This document shows positions 53,070 to 64,000 of a stretch of DNA of 64,000 nucleotides, one piece after another. Position numbers and translations under genes: made by a program. The stretch covers positions 310,001-374,000 of the forward strand of contig JBEWZL010000011.1 in the NCBI GenBank assembly GCA_045837725.1, written 5' to 3'. Below the pieces are notes generated by a model. That model saw only the letters and a program-made list of their open reading frames with translations. It was not told the origin of the DNA and searched no databases. The DNA comes from Vermamoeba vermiformis. Taxonomy: Eukaryota. The stretch's first letter is position 1. Every line of letters starts with the position of its first letter.

Positions 53070-54368
53070 ATGTCGTATAAGTATTTCGAAGGAAAGCACG
53101 TCTGGTAAGATCGGATCTACCAATAGCAACGAAATCTTATGTCCTATCAGGATTACTGGTGCATCGAGCGGAATCGGTGAAGGGTTGGCAAAAGAATTAA
53201 CTAAAGCAGGAGCGATTGTTTCTTTATCGGGTAATTATCATAATAATTTAACGGCAATTTTATTTTGCAATCAGATCTGCTCAAATTATTAATTAATTAT
53301 TTATTTATAGCTCGTCGTGAGGCAGAAATTTTAGAATTGATTAAAATTATTGAGAAAAGTGGAGGCAAAGCACATTCTTTTCCTTTGGATGTGACTGACT
53401 CAAAAGCAATCGTAGAAACCCACAAAAAGGCAAGAGATCGCAATAATATTATAGCGTATATTTATTACAATATTTCTAAGTCTAACATGACGCTATCTTA
53501 GATTTTAAGCCAAGTTGGTCCAATTGACATCGTAATTGCAAACGCTGGTGTCGGCCAAAGTGGCGTTAAAGCAGTAGATTTGACTATCGAAAAAGTTGAA
53601 AGGGTAATATTAAGCAAGTTAGTATTATCTAAGCTAAACTAACCTACTAATTTTTAGATGGTCGATACAAATCTTACCGGTGCTATTATGACAATCGTAG
53701 CTTGTTTGCCTGATATGATGTGCGTATAGAATATACAATATTATAGTAAAATATTATTATCATTCTAATTTTTCTAATTTTAGCGCTCGAAAGTCTGGAC
53801 ACGTAGTAGGAATCTCTTCATTGGCTTCTTATCGGTAAATATTGCAATAATTTAATGCAATCCTAATTTGCGGTTAGTGGCATGCCCGGATCATCTGTAT
53901 ATAGCGCTGTTAAAGCTGGTTTGAATATCTTTTTAGAAAGTGTCAGAGTCGAAAATCTTCATCACGGTAAGTGGAATGGTATTATATGGGCTAATATTAT
54001 ATATTAATGATATAATAGGTATTTCTGTTACTGAAATTTGCCCTGGATTTGTTGACACGCCAATTTTGGTACGTTGTTAGATCCACTTTTCAACGCGATC
54101 TCCCATTAATTCTATTCATAGAATGGCACTACTCAACCTACTCCCGGAAAGATCCCGTTGTCTAAAGCTATTACTGAAATTATGAACGCTATGGTCGCTA
54201 AGAAGAGTAAGATCTAGTCATGAAATTTCATACTTGTACGAGGTTTTGAAATTTTGCTTAATAGGACACCACGGTTTCCCTTGGGTTATGGAACATATTC
54301 TTATGAACATTACAGTATGGATGCCCGCTTGGATTTATGAGAAGGCAGTCTGGTTATTTAGAAAATAA
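53070..54368 (+). CDS. Short-chain dehydrogenase/reductase, intron-rich
   Basis: ITGASSGIG, ANAG, GISS, YSAVK and ICPGFVDT motifs over about 10 small exons. Confidence 0.9.
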
Positions 54369-54462
54369 TTTGTTTATTTTTTTTGGCTTTATTGTGGTCT
54401 AGCAGATCTACAGTCGAGCTCGTAATCCCTGTAGGATAAAACAAATGTAAGAAACTCTTAGT

Positions 54463-55896
54463 TTAAGACTGTTCCGTTCTCAGTCCTGATTCATAGCCCA
54501 TTGCGGTCTCGTTGTGCGGCTTGACTTTCTCGTTCAAGTGCAGATCGTGCAAAACTGGATGCTGCTCGACGAAGTCGTCTTCAGGTTGATACCCTAAGAG
54601 CTCCTTAGCCAAGGTAATGTCCATTCGGTTAAATCTGAATCACTGATTAGTACGGGAACAAAATTTTGGATGCGATTGTAGTTATTTAAAGCTAGAACAC
54701 AAACCTGTTGCCCGACAAAGCATTGAAAATACCAAAGTGGATGAGCTTATTCTCGATACACTTCGTAATGAGCTGAGTCATATCACGAGGCGAGATCCAA
54801 GCGTTCATCATCCACAAGCTCTTCTCTGGATCTTGAACTTCTTCAGGACCTTGGAATGCACCAATGCGAAGGCAAATAATAGATAACCCTTGTTGAGTTG
54901 CCATGTAGCGTGCAAGTGATTCTGAAAAAAGGAAGATCAATAATTAGATCAAAAATTCATTTGTTGCTAGATAGTTAAGATAATTATGAAGAGCGCTCAA
55001 ATGTGTAAGTAAATATGTATAGATAATTTTAGGCATTTTTCCAAATTAAATTACCTGAGAAGCATTTGCTCACTCCGTAGATGTCGCCAGGGTTTACTGG
55101 ATCGCTTTCTCTAATTTGTTGATGGGCAGGATAGCCACTGATGGCGTGAATAGACGAAGCATAGATAACTCTATGTAGCAACAACGTTAGACAAAGCTTG
55201 AGAACATAGATCAAGTTGCACCCCGATCGAGATCTTACCTCTTTATGCCGGCATTCTTTGCAGCCAAGAATACATTGTAAGTACCGATAATGTTAGCATC
55301 AAGGGCCTATTTAAAATTATGTTAAGACTTTCGCGGTACGAGATCTTGTGACTAGAAATTTGGTTTTAATTTCTTTGTTCGCATTTTGCAATTTAAGAAA
55401 TATTTACTACATACGTCTTTCCATTCAGTACTCGGGCTTGACATGCCGGCTAAATGCACAAGTACGTCGATGCCTTTGAAGAGACTTTGGAGTTTAGTTA
55501 CATCCGACAAATCACTGACTACCACTTTGCCGTATTCTTCTACTTCCTTCTTTTTCTTGTCGCTATGGAGCAACAAAGTAAGATTATATTTATCCTTAAG
55601 CTTTTCTGAAATGTATTTGCCGATGTTTCCTGTTACAAATTCGGATCAGTTTTGTTTCTGAAATTAAGGCGATATTTATTTAGAATAATAGCTCGAATGT
55701 ATTATATATTACCTGTGGCACCAGAAATCATAACATTAAGCTTCGAGCTCGAATCGCTCTTGCTGTCCAGTACGGATTTCGCGCTGTCCTTAAAAATAAT
55801 AGCGTTCATTTCGTTTGTTGTTTTGCAATTGACTAGACTTTGAATAACCTTAAGATAATCTACACCGTATGCACCGAAAGCATAATTTTTTACCAT
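54463..55896 (-). CDS. NAD-dependent epimerase/dehydratase (uronate-dehydrogenase-like extended SDR)
   Basis: ISGATGNIG, VHLAG, YASSIHA, YGVSK, LRIG and WISPRD motifs. Confidence 0.85.
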
Positions 55897-56014
55897 CCCG
55901 AAGAATTTTGCCTGAAATCCGCATCCGATCGCGTGCCTTACAAAAATCCTCGCGGGGAACGGAGAAGAATTTAAACATTAAGCAATGTTTATTTAATATA
56001 GAACCGTAATAATG

Positions 56015-57092
56015 TTATTTGCGGAAGAAAGCAGTCACAGGGTTGCCGGTCCAAGCTTGGGTACAAGTGATGTTCGGATTCGTCTTGGTAGGAGGAGCCT
56101 GAACGATACGTACGTCAATAATAGCTATTATGGAGATAATATAATATCTTACATAGACGTAGGGAGATAAAGGACCAACGGCGGTGTTGAAAAAGTTGAT
56201 CACGACGGTGTTCACGTACTCAACGTTATCGACTTGAACTTGAACAACGTTGTTGCCAGGGCCAGTTGAGACCCAAACGGTAACAGGCATAACGACATCG
56301 AATACATTAGCTAATTACGGACGTTAGAACTAATTCCGAAATTTTGTAAGGATGCGATCCTGATCCGAAAGTTGTACTTACCCACGAAGTTCCAGCCAGT
56401 GCACGATTGGCCCAAGACGACCTTGTTGCCGAGGAAAGTCGAGTTTGCAGGAATTTGGAATGGAAAAACAGCAACAAACCAGATCGGAATTGAGCCTAAT
56501 ACAAGATCCGTAAGTTCGGTAATAACGTTTATTGAGATGAAAAAATTACTAGTATACTATTAATAATAATTTTGCTAGTGTATTCATATAATTTGTTACT
56601 CACCCATATTCCAGCACAAAGCTCCTTCGAACATGTAACCTAAGATCCGGAAATTAGTTCGTCACATCCAAGGTTCAAATTACTCATGTCATACCATTAA
56701 CAGAACCTTGGTTATCAGGTGAAGCTACAAAGTTGGTATGGAAAGACAACGGGACAACTGCAACATCAAAGTGTCAGATCCGGTTAGAAAGATTTTTTTT
56801 TCGAAGGGTTTAACGTACATTCTTCACGGCCAATATCCAAGAATGCACCGCCATGAACGAAATCTAGCGCAAGGAATCCATTGATGTACACGGGTGAAGT
56901 AAAGTCGGGGAAGACAACTGCAGATAAAAAGTAAGTGGATCGGATTGCAATTTTGCTTAATTATTATTTTAATTGATGCTTACTAGTATAATTAGAAGTA
57001 AATTGTTGCGGGAGCTTCGGAGCTGTTTGGCAAAAGCCGGATGCAGCGACGCAAAGGATCAAAGCGAGTAGAAGGAAAGCTCTATTGTTCAT
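56015..57092 (-). CDS. Secreted ependymin-related/LolA-fold-like protein, paralogue A
   Basis: Signal peptide, APKLPQQF, NGFLALDF, LCW, FLG...LGQSCTGW and FFNTAVGPLS. Confidence 0.55.
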
Positions 57093-57579
57093 TTGTGGTA
57101 TGTATTATAATGAATTAATGAGTATTTAAATAACAAAAATTCCTCTTTTTATGTTTGGGCTGGCCCCACGCGAGTTCCACCAATTTTTCGGTTTGCGGAA
57201 ATTCTCGGAGTAACTATTGTGGCGTTGACAATTTTTCTATTTTTCAAACAGGTTTTGTGATCTGCACCTATTCTTAAAGTGTACACTATCTGCCGATAGA
57301 TATTTTTCGTGTTTTGGAAATCAGAGCCGTTAATTCGAAATCGATCCCGAAATATAACTGGTACACAAATTGCATCAAATACTGAATCATCGTACTAAAT
57401 ATTGATCTTCTCTGCTTTTTTGAGCTACTGTAGATTATGGATCTTCTTTTGTTCGGAGATACGTCCGGATCTTTTTGCTAGCACAAACACCCCACTTTTT
57501 TTACGAGCGTTAAAACGAAGTATGAATGTACGAACTATATTTTATAAGTATTTAAACTACAAATAACGAAATATATTAC

Positions 57580-58687
57580 TTAAGATCGGAAAAGGACTGA
57601 CAAAGGGTTGCGAATCCATGCTTTTGTGCAACTGAGCTTTGGATTAGGCGGAGCCTAAGAAACACGTAAGTCAGTTCATGGATAAATTACATTGAATATT
57701 AGTATTAATAACATTATCTTACGTAGATTGATGGCGAGAAAGGACCAACTGCGGTGTTAAAAAAGTTGATCTGAACAGATCCGACGTATTTCAAATCACC
57801 GATGTGAACTTGAACGATTGCATTGGATTTATTGGACACCCAAATAGCAACGGGAATAGGTATATTGAGGTAATGAACTATAATATATTGTTAGATTTGA
57901 AAAAAGGAGCACTTGTTAGGTGACCAGATCCGGGGACTATACGTACGAGTAAATATCCACCCGCTGCACGATTGACCTTCTATCACTTGATGGCCCGTGA
58001 AAGAAGCATTGGAAGGTATTTGGAATGGGAAAAGAGCTACTAAGAATGTTGGAATCGAACCTGAAAGTGAACGGATCCGTTAGGTAAAAAAAAACTGCCT
58101 ACATACTTCAAAACCGCCCAATTTACTCGAAAATATATTTGCTAAAATTCATAATTGAATATAGATACTAACCAAAGTCCCAGCATAAAGGACCTTCGTA
58201 CATGTAACCTGAAAGAAGTTTGTCAGATCTACCGTTGAAGAAATTTCTCACCTGAATAATTACCAGTTACCGAACCTTGACCGTTAGGCGAAGCAACAAA
58301 TTGGGTGTGCATCGATAAAGGAACGACTAAAGTGTCAAAGTGTCAAAATTGAAACGAGACTTGATCTGAACCTTACACTCTTCTCCACCGATTTCAATGA
58401 ATGCGCCGGTATTAATATAGTCTAGAGCTAGCAGTCCTTTGATGGAGATCGGAGAAGCATAGTTTGGAAGGACGACTAGAGCAAAATCATTAGTAAGTAT
58501 TTTAGAAAGATTTTGTGCAACAATTTAACGCACTGAATAATTCAATTAATTATAGTAAATATAAAATTATAATTATATAATTACCCGATATATTAGAGAT
58601 AAATTGCTGCGGTAGCTTTGGAGGATTTTGGCAATAAATACTTCCGAGGCACAAAGCAGCCGCAACTACCAGAAATCTCGCAATCAT
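57580..58687 (-). CDS. Secreted ependymin-related-like protein, paralogue B (tandem duplicate)
   Basis: PPKLPQQF, GYMYEGPLCW, FPFQIPSN and FFNTAVGPFS; exon layout matches paralogue A. Confidence 0.55.
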
Positions 58688-58863
58688 TTAAAGTTAGAAC
58701 GAATAGCTGTGCTAATACTTAAATATTTTGTTCAAAAATGAAAATACTCCACGCACAATTCACAAATTTTGGCTTCCGCAGAAAAAATTTTGTCAACGAA
58801 CGAAATAATTTATCAAGGTACAAATGAAAAGTTACCATAATAGCATTTGTTACATCCCTTCTC

Positions 58864-59188
58864 TTAGAGATACCAGGCACCTCCAGCGTCATCGTCGCTA
58901 GAAGGAGGCTGAGTGCAGTTGCTACGCGCATCGTCGCTGTAGTCTTCGTCTTCAGCGTCAGACACTTCAGTATCGTTCATCTTCATGTTCTTGTCGCGAA
59001 TAGCAATTCTGATGACCCAGTCACAAAACTCGGATTCGCCAAGCGCGTCACATCCACCAGCAGATCCGACGACTTTGAGCATTTTCAAAGCGCTGATCTT
59101 GCCGACGGTTCCGAAAAGAACGGTTTCGTAGTGCTCCAGGCGAGCGGCTGATGGAATGACTCGGTCAAACTTTCTCGTGCGGTCGTTG
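58864..59188 (-). pseudogene. 5'-truncated tandem paralogue of the C-terminus of the 59387-60535 gene
   Basis: Shares RKFDR.IP.AA.L..YE.VLFGTVGKISALKMLKVVGSA.GCDA.GESEF.DWVIRIAIRDKNMKMN; no ATG or upstream exons. Confidence 0.7.
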
Positions 59189-59386
59189 AGCGCCCCACGT
59201 GCTCGATCCTGCTGTATTTTTCGGTCTCGCGCCAAAGTTAAATTTCGTTATTTCTTATTAATAAGACGCAAGCAACGATAATTTTGGCAAATAGTTTATA
59301 TAACGTAACAAATGAAACTACAAATCGCTTAAAAGCCAGCTGAAAAGATCAGCTAAATCCACCGCAGAAGAGAAGGCGGTTGGTTC

Positions 59387-60535
59387 CTATTGCATCGATT
59401 GTCTCAAGAGGTACCAAGTTGGATTAGGATAGTATCCTTCACCATCAGAAGAGTCATCGTCGCTCTCTTCCGAAGGAGGATCCGTGCAGTTGCTCTTCGA
59501 GTCGTCGCTGAACTCGTCTTCAGACTCAGACACTTCGTTCTTGTTCATTTTCATGTTCTTGTCGCGGATAGCAATTCTGATGACCCAATCGTCGAACTCG
59601 GACTCGCCATGGGCGTCACATCCAGCAGCAGATCCGACGACTTTGAGCATTTTCAGAGCGCTGATTTTGCCGACAGTTCCGAAAAGAACGTCTTCGTAGT
59701 TCTTGAGGCAAGCGGCCGTTGGAATACTTCGGTCAAACTTTCTCTTGCGATCGTTGCGCTTCTTTTGGAACAATTTCGTGCCTGACTTTTCGAGATCCGG
59801 TTGAGGTTTGCCGAGCATGGCGGGAGATCTGACGCCTCCATAAAGCGACACGAAGCGCGGGGGTCGAAGATGATAGTCGTACTTGAACTGGACCGATGAG
59901 GCGTTGCCTATTGGCGAGTACAAGCGCAGATCTAGCTCGATCGTACGAGGTTCGTAGACGTCCTCCCAAAGCACCGAATCTTTGATAACGTAGATGCCTA
60001 TTATATTATTGTTATATTCCGTCAGTCGAATCACCTAAAAGAAGCTTACCAGCTTCGAGAGTGTCCAGCAGGTCAAGTTTTCAAATTGCTTGATCCCTTT
60101 GGCGACTTGACGGAGATTCTCTCGAGATCGCTTGAGTACGGTAGCGGAATAGTCGTCATCGTCGTCCTCAACTAACGGTAAAGTTTAAGAAAACGGAAAC
60201 GCTAAAAATGACACGTACTGGATTTAGCATCCAAAGAACTTCTTTCTTTGAAGTAGGCCTGCCATTGAGATTCAGTGACGGTACTGTCGAAAGGAGCTTG
60301 CAACTTCCATTTCTTGATGCATTTTTGCGCCCAATCTCCGTTTGGCAATTCGTTGCCAGAGTTTGCCTTGGCAACTCGAGTCTTCTTTGAGTCTATCGAG
60401 ACCAAACGTCAGACAGACAATTTAAAAATAGTCCACTAATTACCTTTGTTGCGCGATCGAGATTCCTGCAAGGCTATGTCAGCAACGTTTCCATTTCGAT
60501 AATTTTGCCAAGGTTGGCAAATCTGGACTTACCAT
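59387..60535 (-). CDS. Hypothetical protein with acidic C-terminus
   Basis: ATG-only first coding exon followed by spliced exons; a duplicated copy supports coding status. Confidence 0.75.
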
Positions 60536-60777
60536 TTCTTTCAGAAGATTCTTTCCGATTAAGAACGAGAAGCTGTTGTCTACTTGATAGTTATAACAAA
60601 AAATAAAACCGAAAACTGCAACTTATTTCGACACCTTCGAGTCACGTGCTCGATCAGTTGGGATCGCGATAATCTCAACGTTGTCTTTCTTGAATTTAAG
60701 AAAATATTATTATTGTGCTATTACTGGCATCATACGATGCTTTTTTCTTTCCTATTTTTCGGTCGCTTTAAGGTATT

Positions 60778-61070
60778 ATGAACCACTCCACGACAAATCC
60801 ATCGATTTATGTCGCAAACACGAACCAGGTCAGTACGAAGAAGCGAAACAAAAAGTTTATTAGATTGATTTTCCGTTCTAATTACGCCAGTCTTGCCGTC
60901 AACCTTTGGTGATAGGCGGTATTGCTAGCCAAGTGTGGTTCTTGAACACATTTTCAGACTTTCAATTCCCACGAGTTGTTCTAGGGACAAATACGGTTTA
61001 AAAATAGATTGGCTCGCCTAATTAGACAGACCGAATGGAACGCCTTGTCAACAATGGCATTTTAAGAACT
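60778..61070 (+). other. Possible small spliced gene fragment
   Basis: Three candidate exons join in phase 0 without stops; no recognisable domain and no 3' end identified. Confidence 0.2.
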
Positions 61071-61352
61071 GTAAGTTACGAGTATTCAACGAGTTCTTAT
61101 AAATATATTCCTGGTGAACGATGGCGTCAAGATTACACTTCTACTCACCAAGCTGGAGTCATGTTTTATCGCAATTCTTTTGAAGAATTCAGGTAATTGG
61201 GACAGCGGGTGAGTTCGACCAATCAGCGCGCAAGAAACTGAAGCTCCGCTCCCGCACCGCTGACATAAATAGCTTGCTTCAGAATCTTTACGCGCCTGCC
61301 TTTGAAGAAAAAGTCACGTATCTATTATACACTATAACATATTTTTGATATC

Positions 61353-62780
61353 ATGGTTCAATTACGTAGCTTTATTTCAATCGTTATTGTGGCGGGTATC
61401 CTAATCCAACTCTCGAGTTGCGAATTCAACAACAATTGCTATGCGACCGCTCCTGATGGCACTAAATATGATTTATCGTCTCTTGAGTAAGTACAAAAAC
61501 TATTGTACCGGCAATCGGTTTCGTAGATTTCTGCAGAAAAAAATTTTCGATTTTTTTATTAAACGCGATCTAACGATAATGCTATTGTAGTCAAAAGCAA
61601 TACTATTATGACAATCAAAACGGCGTTGTCTACAACGTTAGCATCTGCAACTATCAGGAAACCAACTGTGGGAGCTGCGATAACCCTAATTATGCAGGTA
61701 ATAAAACCGTTATTTGTACTATTTAAAAATTGCTATAGTTATGCACTATAAATTAATAACGTTGTATTAATAATTCATACGCAGGCATTTGCCAAATTCG
61801 GGGTAACAATGACAATGTGTGCTTGGGTCAATATAGGCAATCCTACGTTGGAGGATTCAGTATGATTGCAATTTATTATTTAATTAGTTGGCAAATTAAA
61901 CTAATTTTTTCAGATAACGGACTTGGTGTTTCGATCGCGTACTGGGGCGGAGACAATTGCACCGAATGCAAATATCCAGAACAGATACATTCAGTGATTA
62001 CTTTAACGTGCAACAATTCAGGTATTTAAATCGTTGGTTTCAATTTTTGTCGCTGATCAATATTTTTTGTAGTTGCCGATGATAAGAAGATCCACTGGAC
62101 AAGGTTGACTCGTTCGTATTCTGTTTTCTATTTCAACGGCACCATCCGCTGCCATTATTCTGCTCCTGTTAAGCCTCCTCCAGTATTCAAACCCCACTTG
62201 ACCCTTAATTACTTTGGTACCGGCCCCTACTGCTCCTCGTCATCAGTCTACAGGGTCATTGTTAATCACACAGATTCTTGCACACCTGGCTGCCAAAAGA
62301 TTGGAGACTCGTACGTAAAGACTGAATGCGACACTGAGCCGATCTTGCCACCTGGTGATAATTGGATCGCAGAAATTAACAATGGAAACATCTACTCGTG
62401 CAACAAGTACGTATAAACTACAAACAGTAACTCTTACGGATGACTTAACGAGATCTGAATCTGGATTTGTTTTCTGGATTTGGGTCAATTAAATTAATTA
62501 ATTGCCTGATGCAGATTACGTACTTGCTAAATTATACGCATATATCTAATAGTATTGTTTTAGTCCCGTATCTGTGAAGTACACCAAGCAAAACTACTGT
62601 GACGGTGCATACAAGATGTATGAAACATGCGACGCGGACACGGTGTATTGGCACAAATGCAACACTGCTACTTGCAACCAATGCTCGTTGTACACTAAGG
62701 CCGCTACGAACTATTGCATGTACGGTTATAATTATCAGTGCATCAAAGCCAATTCTACCGTTGCCATACCTTTTATGTAA
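61353..62780 (+). CDS. Secreted Cys-rich protein with an N-terminal mannose-6-phosphate-receptor-homology (MRH)-like domain
   Basis: Signal peptide, YDLSSL, YNVSIC, GICQ, VSIAYWGGDNC and SVITLTC, followed by Cys-rich segments. Confidence 0.7.
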
Positions 62781-63084
62781 TGCGACAAACAGGCTACATA
62801 ATTACTCGTGCTTAACTTTTGCTTTCCACGGGTCTTATTCTAAATAACAAAGTCTCTGATATCAAATAAAGTCGATCATGACCAAAAAAAGTACGTTCGA
62901 TCCACGTTAAAATTACCAAATAATTTCAAAAATCTATCGTTGATACGCTCTAGGCTCACTCGCCTTATGTTTATTCCTGGATGTGTTCTTTTTTTTGGAC
63001 TTCAGCGAAATTTCCAATGGACGATTCCTAATTACCCGCAAAGTATTCCTAGTTTATTATAGAAATACGACTTATTACTACAAC

Positions 63085-64000
63085 TTATTTTGTGAACTTT
63101 TTTCGCAGGAAAAATGCACCGATACAAATCGCACCAATTGCTGCCACCGCGCCAACGATCAATGAAGTATTAGTACTCTTAGTCGCCAATGATTTGGTGC
63201 TTGAATGGCGGCCATAGTTCTTATTTTCAAGCATGCGCTCGATATTCTTCCGCACTCTTTGCTTCAATTTATCGGTGTCGCCATTCGTGGAAATTTCGAC
63301 GCCGTAAATAACTCGTAACGGCGAAATAACGGCAGCTTCAAACGACACCGTTTCATCATCGAACTCAAGATCTAATATACTTAATAAATCTTGCAAGTAA
63401 TCATGCTTCATCTCGTCGGTGATGAGTTTCTCGTTCTGTTTGAAAACTTCTTGGACGTAGTCTTTGACCAATGAAAAGTCGTTCGGGGAAATCTTGAGCT
63501 TGTAAATGCCATAAAAAACAACGTCGCGTGGTCTGTCGTCAACCCCATTGATAACATTATGCGCTAGTACTTGTATCTCTATCTTTCTGAGGTATTCGGA
63601 GTGAGGTTTGTCCATGAAAAAGAGCGGATCCGATGCACTTTTTTGAAAGAGATCTTCAATCAAAGCCTTGTATCCATCATTCAGGCGCTTGTTTTCTCCG
63701 AAAATCGCCTGTTTAATCCTTTTGTTAAATAACGAAGTAAAATTTCATCGATTTAACGCACCTTCATCTGTTTGAATTCGTCCGCCTTAACTTGAGCCAA
63801 ATACTTGCATCTTTGCGCAATAACGGAGGTCTTAACTAAAATTCTTCTAAAGTACAGTCTGTGCATTACAATAATGTTAATAAAGCAACGGACAATGGGC
63901 CGTTAATTGTTAACTTACACAGTCGCCACCATAGCCTGAAATATCTCGTGTAGTAGCTCGCCGTTCGTAGATACAATTGACATTGAAAATTGCTTTGTCC
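63085..64000 (-). CDS. Hypothetical tail-anchored protein; 5' part lies outside the window
   Basis: In-frame exons ending in LIVGAVAAIGAICIGAFFL-RKKFTK. Confidence 0.7.

Noticed and set aside
1-64000. Alternative genetic code, CRISPR arrays, rRNA or prokaryotic operons
   Set aside because: Stops interrupting the ORF track are explained by GT-AG introns, and TAA, TAG and TGA all appear as terminators. No spaced direct-repeat arrays or rRNA-like sequence were seen.

Overview
AT-rich, gene-dense nuclear DNA of a protist with the standard genetic code and many short GT-AG introns (mostly about 40-250 nt). An amoebozoan-like origin is a guess from gene content. About 27 protein genes were assembled by hand across introns, including TOM40, a P4-type ATPase, a DDX60-like helicase, sterol C24-methyltransferase, GPI-PLD and cytosolic LeuRS, plus one intronic tRNA-Asp. 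Main points of interest: (1) an apparently intact 6,496-bp CACAG-ended CMC/EnSpm-like DNA transposon with perfect 18-bp TIRs and an AG target duplication, carrying a spliced transposase and a divergent spliced orphan gene, inserted in the intron that splits an F-box motif; (2) a sharply bounded CpG-depleted block over a Crinkler-type P-loop NTPase gene; (3) two recurrent intronic motif classes, GATC/GATCCGGATC clusters and TTGACAC/GACACGTGTC arrays; (4) a caspase-like domain lacking the catalytic dyad fused to a multi-pass membrane domain; (5) an EGF-MLO fusion. All family calls come from motif recognition by eye; no database searches were run.
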